A stretch of 59,614 bases of DNA, counting the filler, from Sphacelaria rigidula (Eukaryota), in NCBI GenBank assembly GCA_964200075.2. It is 10 parts of 10 records of this genome, joined end to end, with 100 filler letters (N's around TTAATTAATTAA, not from the genome) between each part and the next. Parts side by side here need not be neighbours in the genome. Positions count along the whole stretch, not along the records: positions 23,889 to 29,760 come from CAXNAA020023832.1; positions 29,861 to 35,731 come from CAXNAA020023833.1; positions 35,832 to 41,702 come from CAXNAA020023834.1; 7 more parts are not named here. One strand, 5' to 3'. The stretch's first letter is position 1. Each line of letters begins with the position of its first letter. The notes beneath the pieces are model-generated. The model saw only the letters and a program-made list of their open reading frames with translations. It made no database searches and was not told the DNA's origin. Shown here one piece after another: positions 24,149 to 35,959 of this stretch. Made by a program: the position numbers and the translations under genes.

Positions 24149-24441
24149 CACGGGTGGCCACAGGGGTCTGTAACCTGGCCATTTTGGGACCTTATCCACC
24201 TTTGGTAATGTCCGCGGATTGGGTAGACAACTGAAGAGTATTCGCACAGCATGGACAGGATCAAAACAAAACATGTCCCAGTCTATAGGCGGGTGACTCC
24301 CCTGTGGACTGGAACATGCTTTGTTCCGATCCTGTCCATGCTGTGCGAATGCTCTTCAGTTGTCCACCTAACCCGCGGACCTTACCAAATGTGGATAAGG
24401 TCCCAAAATGGCCAGGTTACAGACCCCAGTGGCCACCCGTG
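24149..24441. mobile_element. 293-bp palindromic MITE, CAC termini, apparent 2-bp CA target-site duplication (CMC/EnSpm-like)
   Basis: CA|CACGGGTGGCCAC...GTGGCCACCCGTG|CA; the arms pair over about 140 bp with scattered mismatches. Confidence 0.85.
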
Positions 24442-24939
24442 CACTTGAGTGTGCGGGTGCGCCACAACGGCGAACAACATCTCATCACCACGAAGAGGTG
24501 CACTTCAGGGGAACAGTTGCGCCTCTTTTGGGAACAGTTACGTGGGGACCTCGGTTGTAAAAATTGAGGCACATATGGTAAGGACAGTCGTTTATCGGTA
24601 GAAGCTCATGCGGTCAAAGTGGGGCACAGTATAAGCAGCAGAGTAGGAAAATACTCGTGACTTCCAATATGCAGGTGTACGAGGCATTACGCGCACATGA
24701 GGGCTGAACAGGCAGTGCGATAGCCAGCAGGGTACAACTGCCCATGGGCGGTAGAGGAAAAAATCAAGGCAAAACTCGCAACGCCTCAGGCGGGACAATA
24801 ACCGCAGAGCAGAAAAACAAAATCATATTGTTCTTCAGGCGGAACAGTAACCACAAAGTAGGGTAACTGACAGCACAGCGGAAACAGCCGCAGCAACTGC
24901 AACAGTAAAGTTGATAGTAGCAACAAAAGCGAGAGCAAC

Positions 24940-24940
<1 letters not shown>

Positions 24941-24972
<32 letters not shown>
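24941..24972. repeat. (CAG)n microsatellite
   Basis: Seen directly. Confidence 0.9.
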
Positions 24973-24974
<2 letters not shown>

Positions 24975-25266
24975 CGCAGCGGCCGTAACAACAGCAGACG
25001 ATAACAGGCAGAAGGAACGCCACCACCAACTGCCGAAAACAAGAGCGACAGACGGGAACAGAAGCACAATGACAGAGACAAAGGACAACAACGAGAACCG
25101 CAACAAACAAACAACGAACAGCCACAACAACGGATAATAACAACGCGGCTGCACAGCTTCCGCAGCTGTCTGGAACTTGATGTCCCAAAACGCCCCGGAG
25201 TATTTGTAGACCCTCTGGTTCGTTAAACTAGTGCAATCTCGTTCAACCGTATTGCCTTTTATCAAT

Positions 25267-26143
25267 TGTTTTGGCTAGGTTATTTCACTTTTGCTTTGGA
25301 CGTCTGCAGTAGCGTGCTGATGAACCACCCCGGATGAACTCGTGCATAAAGCCGTTGGTGGCGCTCTGCCTGGGTTGTATATAACGCAGTGGAGTGCGGC
25401 GGGAAACAACGCAATACCACGCACAGACAGGACGACAAAGCCTACCTAGTCCATGCTTACTCTTTACTGTTCCGCGTAATTGTAATTGTGATTGAGGCAA
25501 TCCGGAAAGAGAGTACAAACATACCCTGGTGCAGTTTTTTTTTGCTATTGAAACCAATGAGGGCTCTCCAGAAAATGACACCTCAAACCTCGCCACAAAA
25601 AACATTTTACGGAGGCGCATGCTACCTCTTTGGGGATCATGCCGGAGTTGACTCTACACAAGCACCATTCGACCAAGGGGTATGTCATGGTTCGATACTC
25701 ACCACATAGGTGGGAAGGTGCCAGTTCAGTGGGCACCGGGGGCTAGCGGGCCCAAACACAGTCATTAGTATCAAAGCCATTAAGCTCGACTTACCATGTG
25801 GGGAGTCAACCCACACACCAATGACCAGGCGCCATGCTCATGGTTCACGCCGGAGACAAGACCCATATGTTGCGTGCGATGCGTGCTTTTACTGCGTGAA
25901 GACCAAAGACTCCTCTGAGATAGCATTCCGTGATAGTGTTGATGCTTCTTGTATTATTGGCAACCGGCTGGTAGCTGCTAATCGCGCGTTGAGATAAGTT
26001 CCCAAAAGACTGTGGGCCAGGTAGGGGACCACCTGTGGAAAGCAATCAGACTCAGAATGGCCCATGACCTGTCGGGCTAGACAACTCGAGAGTGTGACAC
26101 CTGGCATCTACTCGACTGGACAATAACCGATAAATCCGGAACA
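25267..26143 (-). mobile_element. Putative 3' LTR of the Ty3/gypsy element
   Basis: On the minus strand a purine tract (GGCTGGGGAGGGA) is directly followed by TGTT at 26143; a matching AACA end at 25267 is tentative; no second LTR is available for comparison. Confidence 0.4.
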
Positions 26144-26951
26144 TCCCTCCCCAGCCTTTCAATAAGGCTAAGCGAAAGAAATGTGGGATACGAAGCCTTT
26201 GCATCAACACCTGAAATAAGAAAACGAGAAAAACCTGCCACTAATGTTGCAGGGGAAAACTCGGTATCTGATAGATAGGTAAACCCCGTTAGACGGGGGA
26301 AACCCTATCCGTTGGGAAAAGAAAAAAATCTCTAGCGCCCTTTCCAATCGACAGAAACCGCAGACAAGTACGATCGCTGTCGTTTTCCCGGGATCTCAGT
26401 TAGACTGGAGAACGATTAGCTAATTAGCTTCATCGCGCGTCGACACCTCAGATCAGTCACACTGAATTCCGGGGTAGTGCGGGGCTTTAACCACATCCAA
26501 CTTAGGTTGGATTCGCTAAAAACAACCTTTCCACGAACTAATCAGTAGTTTCAAGAGTGCAGCTTTTGGGAAGTGCTTTTATGTAACTACTGATGTTTAT
26601 GCTACCAAGAAAAAGAGCCCATGCGCCTTGGCTCACTCATTTATTCATATGTTACAAAAGCGGAAGAGAGAGATACGCAGTTACTTGTATGTTACCAAAT
26701 AAGATAAACTGAGGATAAAGGCCATGCGCCTTGGCTCACGAATGTATTTTCATGTTACAAAATGCGAACCCGACAAGGCCAAAGAACGACAAAAAAAGAG
26801 AAACAAAAACAGGCACACTCGCAATTCACAACTGAAGAGTACGGTACCAACAATCCTTCTTGCTTATTTTACAACCCCCTTCCCTGTGCAATGATATCCT
26901 GTACCATTTCATACACCGACTATTCCTAGATATTCCCACTCCAGTCTAAAG

Positions 26952-29760
26952 TCAGGGTCCTTTTTGCCGCGTTAAGCGGTCTAGTTCCTGGCGGGATAGC
27001 TCCTCCTAGTCTCCGTCTTCGTATCGTACTCGCCAAAAGCGACTCCCGTAGTCATACACCTGACCCTTGACCTTGAGACCTCCAAAGTCTTTCCAGAAAG
27101 TGACACCTATTGGGAAAAGCTTCAAGGCGTCACTGCGCGATAGGGGAGCGGGGCGCTTCCTGGAGTGTGGGGGCGGATTGGGTGCAACCGCGGGGTTGTA
27201 CAGGTGCCAAAGCGCGTGGAAAGCGTCTAGTTCCAAAGGAGAAAAGCTGTTTCGGAGCTCGCTCTCTGGCAACCAGCCTGACACCTTCCCCTCCAACGAT
27301 CTGGCCTTATTTTCCCATTGTTTCGTGCCGGTAATAGAGTAGATCTCTCGGTGGTTCACTAAAGTGACGCACTCGTGAGTTTGGGGAGGAGCGGTGTTGG
27401 ATTTGCAATCTGAACCCCAAACGTATCGAGCGAACTCGTCGGCTATCGAGTGCCTGAGATGTGGTGGGCGAACATGGAAGGGTTTCACGTCGGAGACTGC
27501 TACTCTACGTGGACGACGTTTGCGCCCCTGCATGACTACCTCTACACTGAGGCCGGTCATCAGCACTTCCTTCACTCTCCAGGGCCCCGTGGACCTCTCG
27601 TGTTGCAGTTTTCTACCCTTACCGTCCCGGTGTATCGTGCTGGCTGATTCGCGTACCATGACCAGATCCCCTTCTTTCGCCGCCACTCCGGGAGAAGGTC
27701 TCAAGCTTGAGGCGTTCATCTTCGCACGAGTCGATGATTTCGCGGCGTGTCTTTTGTCAAGAGCTAGACGTACCTCCTTGAGGTTTTGTCTACGTTGCTC
27801 CACGAAGGCATCCAGACCTCTACTCGATTCCTTCCCCTGATTCAGGGGAATGAGCGAATCTAGAGACGTGCGAGGTTCACGACCGAACAGAAGCTCAAAC
27901 GGGGACATTCTGAGGGTAGGGAAACGTCTGGCAAGGTACGCTTGATCCAGAGCGCTGGGGAGACATACTCGTCCCATCTCTGGGCCCACGACCTACACAG
28001 CTCTGCCAGCATGTCAAGTAGCCATCCCCCCAGCCTCTCGACTGCTCCTTGGCCTCTAGGGTGGTCAGAGGGCCCAAAAGCAATGTCTACTTTCAGCCAC
28101 CTGCACAGGTGTGTCACCACCTCAGCTCTAAATTCCATTTCTCCATCACTGTGGATTTTGCGGGGGACGCCGAATGTGAAGCAGAGTTCAGCAAGGATGC
28201 GAGCTACACTTTCAGCCTGCTTCGTTTGGAGTGGGAAGCCAAAGGGAAACTAGGAGGCTCGGTCTACGATAAAAAAAATGTACTTGTTGTTCGTACGCGA
28301 TGCAGTGTTTATGCTCAGCAGGTCCATCTTCAACTCTTCCCATGGTTCTACGGCTCGTCCCGGTGTCATTGCAATCTTGCAGCTATTGGACCTCTTCCTT
28401 CTTCTACAGCTGCAAGATAACACGTACAGTCTGGTACCCTTTATAGTTGACGGCGAGAAAAAGTGATCTCGCATCAAAGACAGCGTGGCTCCTACTACAA
28501 TATGACCATGTAGGGAATGTACCAAAGCCAAGATGTCAGGTACCATAACAGCGGGGATGGCTAGCAACGGTTTCTCAGTGTCCTTCGTTAACCACGCCAC
28601 ACCTTGATCGTCCAGACTGTATTGGTGTGCAACGTCGTCACTCATCGTATTCTTGACATCATTCTCCGTACTGGGCACCTCTTCTTCTCCTGGTACCTCG
28701 TCAGCACTCGCCACAATCTCGCAGTCTGCATCACTCGTATTGGGTACCGCCTTTCCCCCCTGCACTTCGTCTGACACTTTCTAAGATAGCCCCCCCCCAA
28801 AAAAACCAGCTAAAAGTGTCACGAAAAAAATGGCCATACAGCCCCTGGTGTTCGGGTTCAGGCTGCATGAAGCGCCTCATATTGGCGACATTGGCTAGAG
28901 CAAACCCAAGCGTGGAAATGCCCAGCTTCTCATTGTGCTCGGCTTTTTCCTTTCCGATTCACGTGAAGATTTTGCCTTAAAAAACCATGCACTTTTGGGG
29001 GGGGGGCTATCGCAGAAAGTGTCGTCTGCACTCACCGTACTCTCGCAGTCTACATCACTCGTATCGGGTGCCTTCTTTCCCCTTAGTATCGATCTAACCT
29101 GCCCCAGGAACGGGTCCTCCTCCTATGCGCGTTTCATCGCCGATGCGTTTGTCAACATCTGTATCGCCCTCTTGAATGCCGACGTGTTTACTGCAGTTTT
29201 CACCGGAGACGAGGGTTTGTCCCCCCCGGCGATGAGCACCTCTTCCACTTCCGGCCGCTCACTGACCGGGGCAGGGGTGATGGGAGTGGGCTCCCTCGTT
29301 GGGGCTTCAGTAGGTGTGATACCTACCGACGGCTGAAGGTTCATCTGAACATCTGTGGGCACGGTATGTATGCGAGCAGCTCCTGGGAACTGCAAGCGTA
29401 CGGACGGACGGCGAATTCTGGGGGAACGACGGGGTGATTCGTCTTCTATCGACACGCAGTCAGCGAACGGGAGCGATCGCGAGGTGCCTAGGTATCTCGC
29501 CTCATCTAGAGTCTTGCCTTCTCCCTTGAAATCAAAAGGCGACAATTCCGACAACCATTTTCTGTCTAATTGTGGACCACAGGACCTTGTGGTTTCCGAG
29601 GATGTGCTGGCGGTGAAATCGTCGGGGAATGAGTCGTCTATGTCATCTCCTGGTCCCTGTTGATGAGGCAGGCGGGACCTAGCGTCAGGTAACACGTGTT
29701 GGGTTCCCTCCCGCCATCGAAGTTCCATGTCATACTCCATGAGTCGGAGCGCCCACCTGT
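26952..29760 (-). mobile_element. pol: Decayed Ty3/gypsy pol: end of RNase H, integrase (HHCC, DDE, GPY/F-like), chromo-like and Tudor-like C-terminus
   Basis: RWALRLMEYDMELRWREG..H..PDA.SRLP; HSLHGH..CSC; PWEELKMDLL; IHSDG.MEF; HPRGQGAVERL; SPFELLFGR; TGPWRV. In-frame stops at about 29123, 28250 and 27006, a frameshift near 27915 and a MITE insertion. Confidence 0.93.
28773..29023. mobile_element. 251-bp MITE inserted in gypsy pol, TIR GACACTTTCT..GATAGCCCCCC, 4-bp TSD GTCT
   Basis: GTCT|GACACTTTCTAAGATAGCCCC...GGGGCTATCGCAGAAAGTGTC|GTCT. Confidence 0.9.
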
Positions 29761-29860
29761 NNNNNNNNNNNNNNNNNNNNNNNNNNNNNNNNNNNNNNNN
29801 NNNNTTAATTAATTAANNNNNNNNNNNNNNNNNNNNNNNNNNNNNNNNNNNNNNNNNNNN
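29761..29860. other. Artificial contig spacer
   Basis: 44 N + TTAATTAATTAA + 44 N. Confidence 0.98.
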
Positions 29861-32800
29861 CTCCCTTTTGGGCAATCAGGCCGAAGGAATCGTGAATTTG
29901 GTGGTTCTCAGTCATGATGATTCGTCCTAACCCTGGATATTTGTAGTCGCTGCAGTAGAATATACAACAGCTTCTTGCCTTGATGTTCGAGCATTTTTTT
30001 GCAGTCGGATCTAATAGAGAAGGTACTCACGCGGCTACCCCCGAGGTCTCGGCAAAAGGTCAGGTACCATCGTGGGTATACGCAATAACTCTTTATGATC
30101 TCCGGCAAGCCGTTCGCATGGCTCGGAAAAATGGGGGAAGTAGGGTTCGGTTTCTAGAAGATATTTGCTAACCTGTGTATTCCTATGTTGATGGACGCAG
30201 AGGAGATCGAGGCTCTAGAAGTGGCAAAGGCCGATGTCATGCGTGCGACGGACGATGAGTCGAAGTAAATCAACTCAGCTTGAGGCACATGTAATTCATT
30301 TTCGACCAAAATACCCTGTGCATTGGTGTGTGGCATGCGTGTATTTTGTCCGCATCGCTGACCCTGCATGTGAAGAACCGGATATTAACACGACATTCAC
30401 TGCCGAATACATGTAGTAATGATACGTACCCATGCGTAAAAACAACGAGAGCATTAAAAAAAAATAGAAATTATCATAATACGGATTGCATTTTCGAACC
30501 TCAGCCCGTTTGGCAATGTCTCTCGACCACTGTAGCTGCGAGGAAACCATAGAAGTTATAGATTATCTGGAAGTTCACAACTGGTATGTCACATGGTGCT
30601 CAAGTTGAGAGGAGCTCGACAAAGAGTCAACGTCCGATGTCCGGAGCATCGGGGAAGTGATTTGGGTTCTTCACAACTAGCTGGCTGAGAACCTTTGCCT
30701 GAGGGACTGGCGTCCGAAACCTTCATGTACGTGGGAAAACAGCCTCCCGAGAGGCGGAAGGATGCAGATTTGTATACAGATGCAGATTTTTCCCTATAGA
30801 AAAATACCTGAACAGGAAAAATATAAGAACAAAAGAAGCAAACCAGCGCGAAACAAAAAACAAAGCCAGACAGATGATGCATGACGACAAACCAGCCATT
30901 CCCCGGGGGAACGAGGGGGGGGGAGGGATTTCTACGGTAAATTTTGAGGTGTTTTCCACCGTTTCGGCCCGAAGTTGATAACAGAAGAATATTTTTGGGA
31001 TATTTGAAACACGAGAAGAGTGAAGAAACGAAAAACAATTCCTTATCCGGGAATTTCATGCACACTTCCCACCCGAAAAACATTGAAACACGGGTAGTAT
31101 CTACGGCTTTGGCGTTTTACACACGAATGGCGATGCACCGCAACACACGAATGCATCGATAAATCGCTCCAACAAGAGTGAATGTTCATCTTTGACCCCC
31201 CGTTTCTCCCCACCCGGGGATGACATCGTTCCGTCACGAGGAAGTTACTCACTTCGTACAATCAGACGTGAAGACATCGTTGAACGCTGCCCCCTACTCT
31301 CCCTGCCCGTTGCACTTCCAACGCCGATACGCCATGCTTTCGACTACCGAGTAATGCACTGGTGCGAGGAATAACGCCTACACCACCCACTTCCGGAACT
31401 GCTCCACAACCACGGGGTGCGTGGGCGAAGATCACGGGAACGGCCCCCTGCAAGTCTGATTGTGGCACTTGTTGCGCTTTAGTTGTAGTTGTCATCCTGT
31501 CGCGTTCAGCTACTGGGCACCGCGACAACACGCCTGTACGGCACGGATATGTTGCAATTGCGGATTTACACGACGCCATCAGGTACGCAGATGACATGGG
31601 CGCGGAGGTGGGGAGAAGGGGGACGGGGGTCGCGAATCGTTGTGTTGTCTGCGGCACAAGGCGCGTACTTGTCGACACCTCAGCATCACAGCACAGTACA
31701 CATGACCGGGGGTGTTATCTACCGTATGCAATCAAAAGCATAGCAGGAAACGCGGTCTATGTTAGATTCCATTCCACACATGCACACAGTAGAGACAAAC
31801 AGCGCCGTGCCGTCCGGTAAGCCGTTGCACAGCTGCAGGCCTTTGAATCTCACTGTCTGTGCGCTATGGAAAGAGCTCCCCGCACATCCTGCTACAGCTC
31901 TTCGTTAGCGCGAAGTCGGGGTCTCTACAGCACTGGAGTCATCATATGTGTCGAGAGGATCCAAAGGTACGCCCGACACCTCGGGTAAAAAGAAAGCACG
32001 GGCAGAAAGACAGCACAACAGTACTGTGCGGCGGATACAGCACAGGACGCCGTATGCCAACACTCCATTAGCAACAGAGAACCACGGCGGAAGGGAAGCT
32101 GCGGTGCACCTTCTCTCCACTAGCCTCCGCAGCTATTGTACTGTCCGTAGCTGGACTGACCAGTACTGACCGTCTCGTACTGTACTATACTCCACAGATC
32201 TACACCACCCTCTCTGGTGCATGAGTATCCTGCTGCTGTAGCGTTCCATGCCCGCCTGGTTCCGAAAGCGATTGCCCGTGACACCGCCCCGCACTGACAC
32301 ATATTTAGGGGTTGTAAGGGTCGTAGCTTCCGCCGTGACCTCACCACACAGAAAAGGATGGTTTGCGGGGGTCATCAACCCCCTTTTTGTCACTCGTGGG
32401 CATATCATCCAGGAAGGGTGATGGTGCGCCGTTTTTCGGCAGCCCCAGTACGACTCGCCAGCTGGTGCATATACTCACGAGCCTGGGAGGGACAGATTTC
32501 TGCTACCGCGACAGGCTGGCGGTGCAAGGCATGTGCGTCGCCGTTGGCAACGGACATCGTCACCGCCGAATGCAATTTTTCTTCGTTGGGATATGCAGGC
32601 GGCACGACGGCGGCGTCCTCTCTCGGCCGTACGGTAACTTCAATGGCTTACTATCAAGAGGAAGGGGAAAATAAGGGCACATATTTGCCGTTTTCACAGC
32701 CTGCGAACTAAATTTTACCTGGGTTTAGAATAGGCTGAAGAAAACGAGGAAGGGGAATATAATCTACACTAAAGTCAAGTAAATTAGCGAAAAAACGACC

Positions 32801-33719
32801 CCGTTTCGTTAACGGAGACCAGAGATAACGTTCTGCTGCCGGGGTACTAAAACACGCAGGCTGTGCTATGACAGCACACCCTGGACAAGAGATTCCAGTG
32901 TCAAGAAGTGTACTGGGTACAGTATCGACTTTTGGGTCTATTGCAATAGACAATAGATTCCATACTGTGCACAGTGCCTTTTTTTACGATGGAATCTATT
33001 GTCCAGGGTGTGTATGACAGATAGGGGACAGGGGTCATCCTCTCCCATCCGCGTTCCACTTCCTCAGCAGTTACGTCACGTCCCGCTATCCATCGGTACC
33101 GATCCCAGCACTGGTCGTTCGGGCTTGGTCGATGATTTTAGTTCCAATCCGATTGGGAAAGCCGCCTACGATTTATTTCTCTGTGCATTCATCATTATCA
33201 TTTCCGCACATTAGTCCGATATCTCGAAGCCGTGGTCACAGGCGTGGGCTCATCTTTTCAAAACCATCCCTGCTATACCTTACGAGACATGAAGTTCTCA
33301 ATGTTTCTTCTGAAACCCTAGACAAGGAAACAAAACCCAAACAAACAAGACCTTCACCTGATTAAAATAGCAAAAGAGACGCCATGATAACAGATGAGAA
33401 ATAGTTTCCCCAGAGTTCATCGGGGTGAGGGAAGAAAAAACAAAAAAAAACTCAGATCTGCCAAAAAAAGCATACAGAGGAAAATGGAGAGAACATAAAG
33501 ACAGAAAACATCAGAGATTTATCACGGCCACCAAGCGAGGGTCAACTCAACAACCCCCGGCACCCTCACAGACAAAAATCAAAGCTGTCCGGGAGACGGC
33601 AGATGCACTAGCGAGTGCACTAAGCGAACGACTGCTGGTTTCGTTTCGCAGTATCTCGATAGACAGTGGGGCAACTTTAGTGGAAGCACAGTATTTATTA
33701 TTTGAGTCGCAATTTGAAC

Positions 33720-33780
33720 CCCTCCCCTCCCTCGGGACGAGTCCGTGGTCTCAAGGGATCAACCCGTCTCTCCCCGGTAC
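33720..33780 (+). repeat. Dispersed repeat family B fragment
   Basis: Similar to 4311-4369. Confidence 0.6.
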
Positions 33781-33854
33781 ACGCCTTGCATTGTGGTCTC
33801 GCCGATTGGGTCATGACTATCAGCACTCCCGCACCGCGTCAACTCACGTCAAAC

Positions 33855-33970
33855 AAATTCAGTCGACTACTTTGTTTACTCACGTTCCCACGCTTTCCAC
33901 GGTGGAAATCACATACTACGAAGAAAAACACACACACACACACACACATCGGGAATCGAACCCTCGTTCT
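33855..33970 (-). mobile_element. Diverged SINE-like copy related to 11533-11728
   Basis: B box GGGTTCGATTCCC on the minus strand, plus a body resembling 11580-11640 (AGTCGA..TTTGT.TAC.CACG..TCCAC). Confidence 0.45.
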
Positions 33971-34009
33971 CTCCACCCTAATGGCGACAGCCGGACAGCA
34001 AACAACTCC

Positions 34010-34485
34010 TCAGTACGGCGTGCTTGCGTCCGGGCTGCCATGTACATATTTGCTACCTCCTCTGCGACTCGGTACTATTCGAAAAAATCTTGGGGCAAAC
34101 TGCGTCCACGCTGTCGCGTTTACTCCGAAAGTGTTGTGTAAGCGTCTTGCTGGTCGGCCTGCCTTCGTCTTCCCTTGATTCATCACTCCACGCATGATGT
34201 TCGGGAGGGCTTCATTGTGCATGCGCACAACGTGGCCGGCGTGTACGAGGATTCGTCTCATCACGGTATGCTCGATGCACGTACGCAGTTCTTCCGAAGA
34301 CCTCGTGGTATGGCAGCATGCGGTAGTCAGGGGCGCTGCGGCTTGAGGCATTATGCTCATTGAGGCACCTTAGCAGGAAACGTCGGTTGGCCTCCCGTAA
34401 CGCGCCGAAATTGTCGTGTGCGATCGTCCAGGTCACGCAGCCGTAAAGCATTACCTCGATCACTTCAGTTTTCAGGAGACGAACT
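34010..34485 (-). mobile_element. 5'-truncated RTE-like LINE, post-RT C-terminal fragment
   Basis: LKTEVIEVMLYGCVTWT..RFLLRCL and IEHTVMRRILVHAGHVVRMHNEALP..GKTKAGRP, typical of RTE-clade ORF ends; frameshifted. Confidence 0.8.
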
Positions 34486-34501
34486 ACCGGCATTAATACA
34501 G

Positions 34502-34914
34502 TAATGACGCTTCTAATAATCAGAAAACGGGACTCTCTGAGAACTGCCCTCTTAGAACTTTTCATCGCGGATTTTTGGTGGGATATGGGCCTTGGCGGAT
34601 TTGGCCTCCTCTGAAAGATTTCCTGTGTTCTTCGAGAGAATTCTAGCGCACCCTTCCGATTTTCGTACGCCCAGTTTAACTTTTGGCCGGATACCCGATT
34701 TTTTCAGTCGCCCCAAAACCGGGAATCCGGCCAGAAGTAAAACTGAGCGTACAAAAATTGGAAAAGTGCGCTAGAATCCTCGTGCAAAACATAGGAAATC
34801 TTTCAGAGGAGACCCGATCCACCAAGGCTCGCATTCCGCCAAAACCCACGATGAAAGGTTCTAAACGGGCAGTTCTCAGAGAATCCGTTTCCTAACTGTA
34901 AAAAGACGTTATTA
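34502..34914. mobile_element. About 410-bp degenerate foldback/MITE
   Basis: TCTCTGAGAACTGCCC..CTCCTCTGAAAGATTTCCT..TTCTAGCGCAC versus GTGCGCTAGAA..AGGAAATCTTTCAGAGGAG..GGGCAGTTCTCAGAGA. Confidence 0.85.
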
Positions 34915-35656
34915 TCGGGCTTTATTTTATCCATTTATATCCAGTCGCATCCATTTTCGTCCATCTTCATTCATTTTATAGATGAAAATGGATGAAAAGT
35001 GTGCAGAATAACGGAAAAATTATCTCTGCGCCCGGGTGCACCATCGGAATCCTGGGATAATGGCAAAAACACGTGCGGCTGGTGACCACCGTCCCGACCA
35101 TGGTGACTTGGAGCATACGCTGAATCGGAGTCAGCACAACCAACGCAGAGCATATAGTAGTACAACAGTAACATGATGTCGCACTCTCTCTCATCTCTCA
35201 CTACTCGTCGCGTGGTCGAGTCTTCATGACTTCCCACTGTCAGCTCGAATTTCTCATCTATGTATAATGCACACAAAGTATGAAGGGGGAAAAGCTGCCG
35301 CTTTGTGTACCCAGAGAGGCACAGAAAACCCAAGGTAGAGAGCGTGGCGTGTACCGGAACAGACAACATTATGACGACTATTATTTGCTCTTGTTTGTTA
35401 GTTGTGTTGGGTCTATCGGTACCACCATGTGCACCGTGCCGTCTCTACAGCATCCGTCCGCTGTTTGAACGAACATGGAGAACGTGTCATCCCGAGGGTG
35501 GGTCCTTTGTTTCTTCGGTATAATTTTCACTCCAAAAGTGCCCACCCTGGCGGTCAAGGGATTTAACAGCTGGCGGCAGAGAGGAGTTACGCTCCCTTGA
35601 GGTTTGGTGGAATTTGATCCTTCAGTGATACCCATAGGCGAAGGGAGGAACGCGCG

Positions 35657-35731
35657 GGAGGGGGGGGTGTACTCATGATCATGCCTGCCATAGTCATCAG
35701 ACCATTGACCTCGCATCCCTACAAAGCCGGG
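35657..35731 (+). repeat. Repeat family A terminus at contig end
   Basis: Nearly identical to 5799-5872. Confidence 0.9.
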
Positions 35732-35831
35732 NNNNNNNNNNNNNNNNNNNNNNNNNNNNNNNNNNNNNNNNNNNNTTAATTAATTAANNNNNNNNNNNNN
35801 NNNNNNNNNNNNNNNNNNNNNNNNNNNNNNN
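35732..35831. other. Artificial contig spacer
   Basis: 44 N + TTAATTAATTAA + 44 N. Confidence 0.98.
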
Positions 35832-35959
35832 TGTCCCGTCTTTGAGGGGGGGCGAGGTAAAGGTTTTTTTAACTTGGGCATGCATGTCCAGGAGTAATGC
35901 CCCCCCCCCCCCCCGGCCCGTGAACTCCGTAAAACCCGATACCCCTTTCCCCCACCCAC

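Noticed and set aside
24700..25265. Poly-Ala/Cys/Leu ORFs and a possible decayed gag zinc knuckle near 24825-24870
   Set aside because: The ORFs derive from a CAG microsatellite, and the knuckle would need several assumed mutations
29861..33400. Protein-like fragments in contig 6 (for example IPMLMDAEEIEALEVAKADV)
   Set aside because: Interrupted by stops and frameshifts, no family recognised and no coherent splice model
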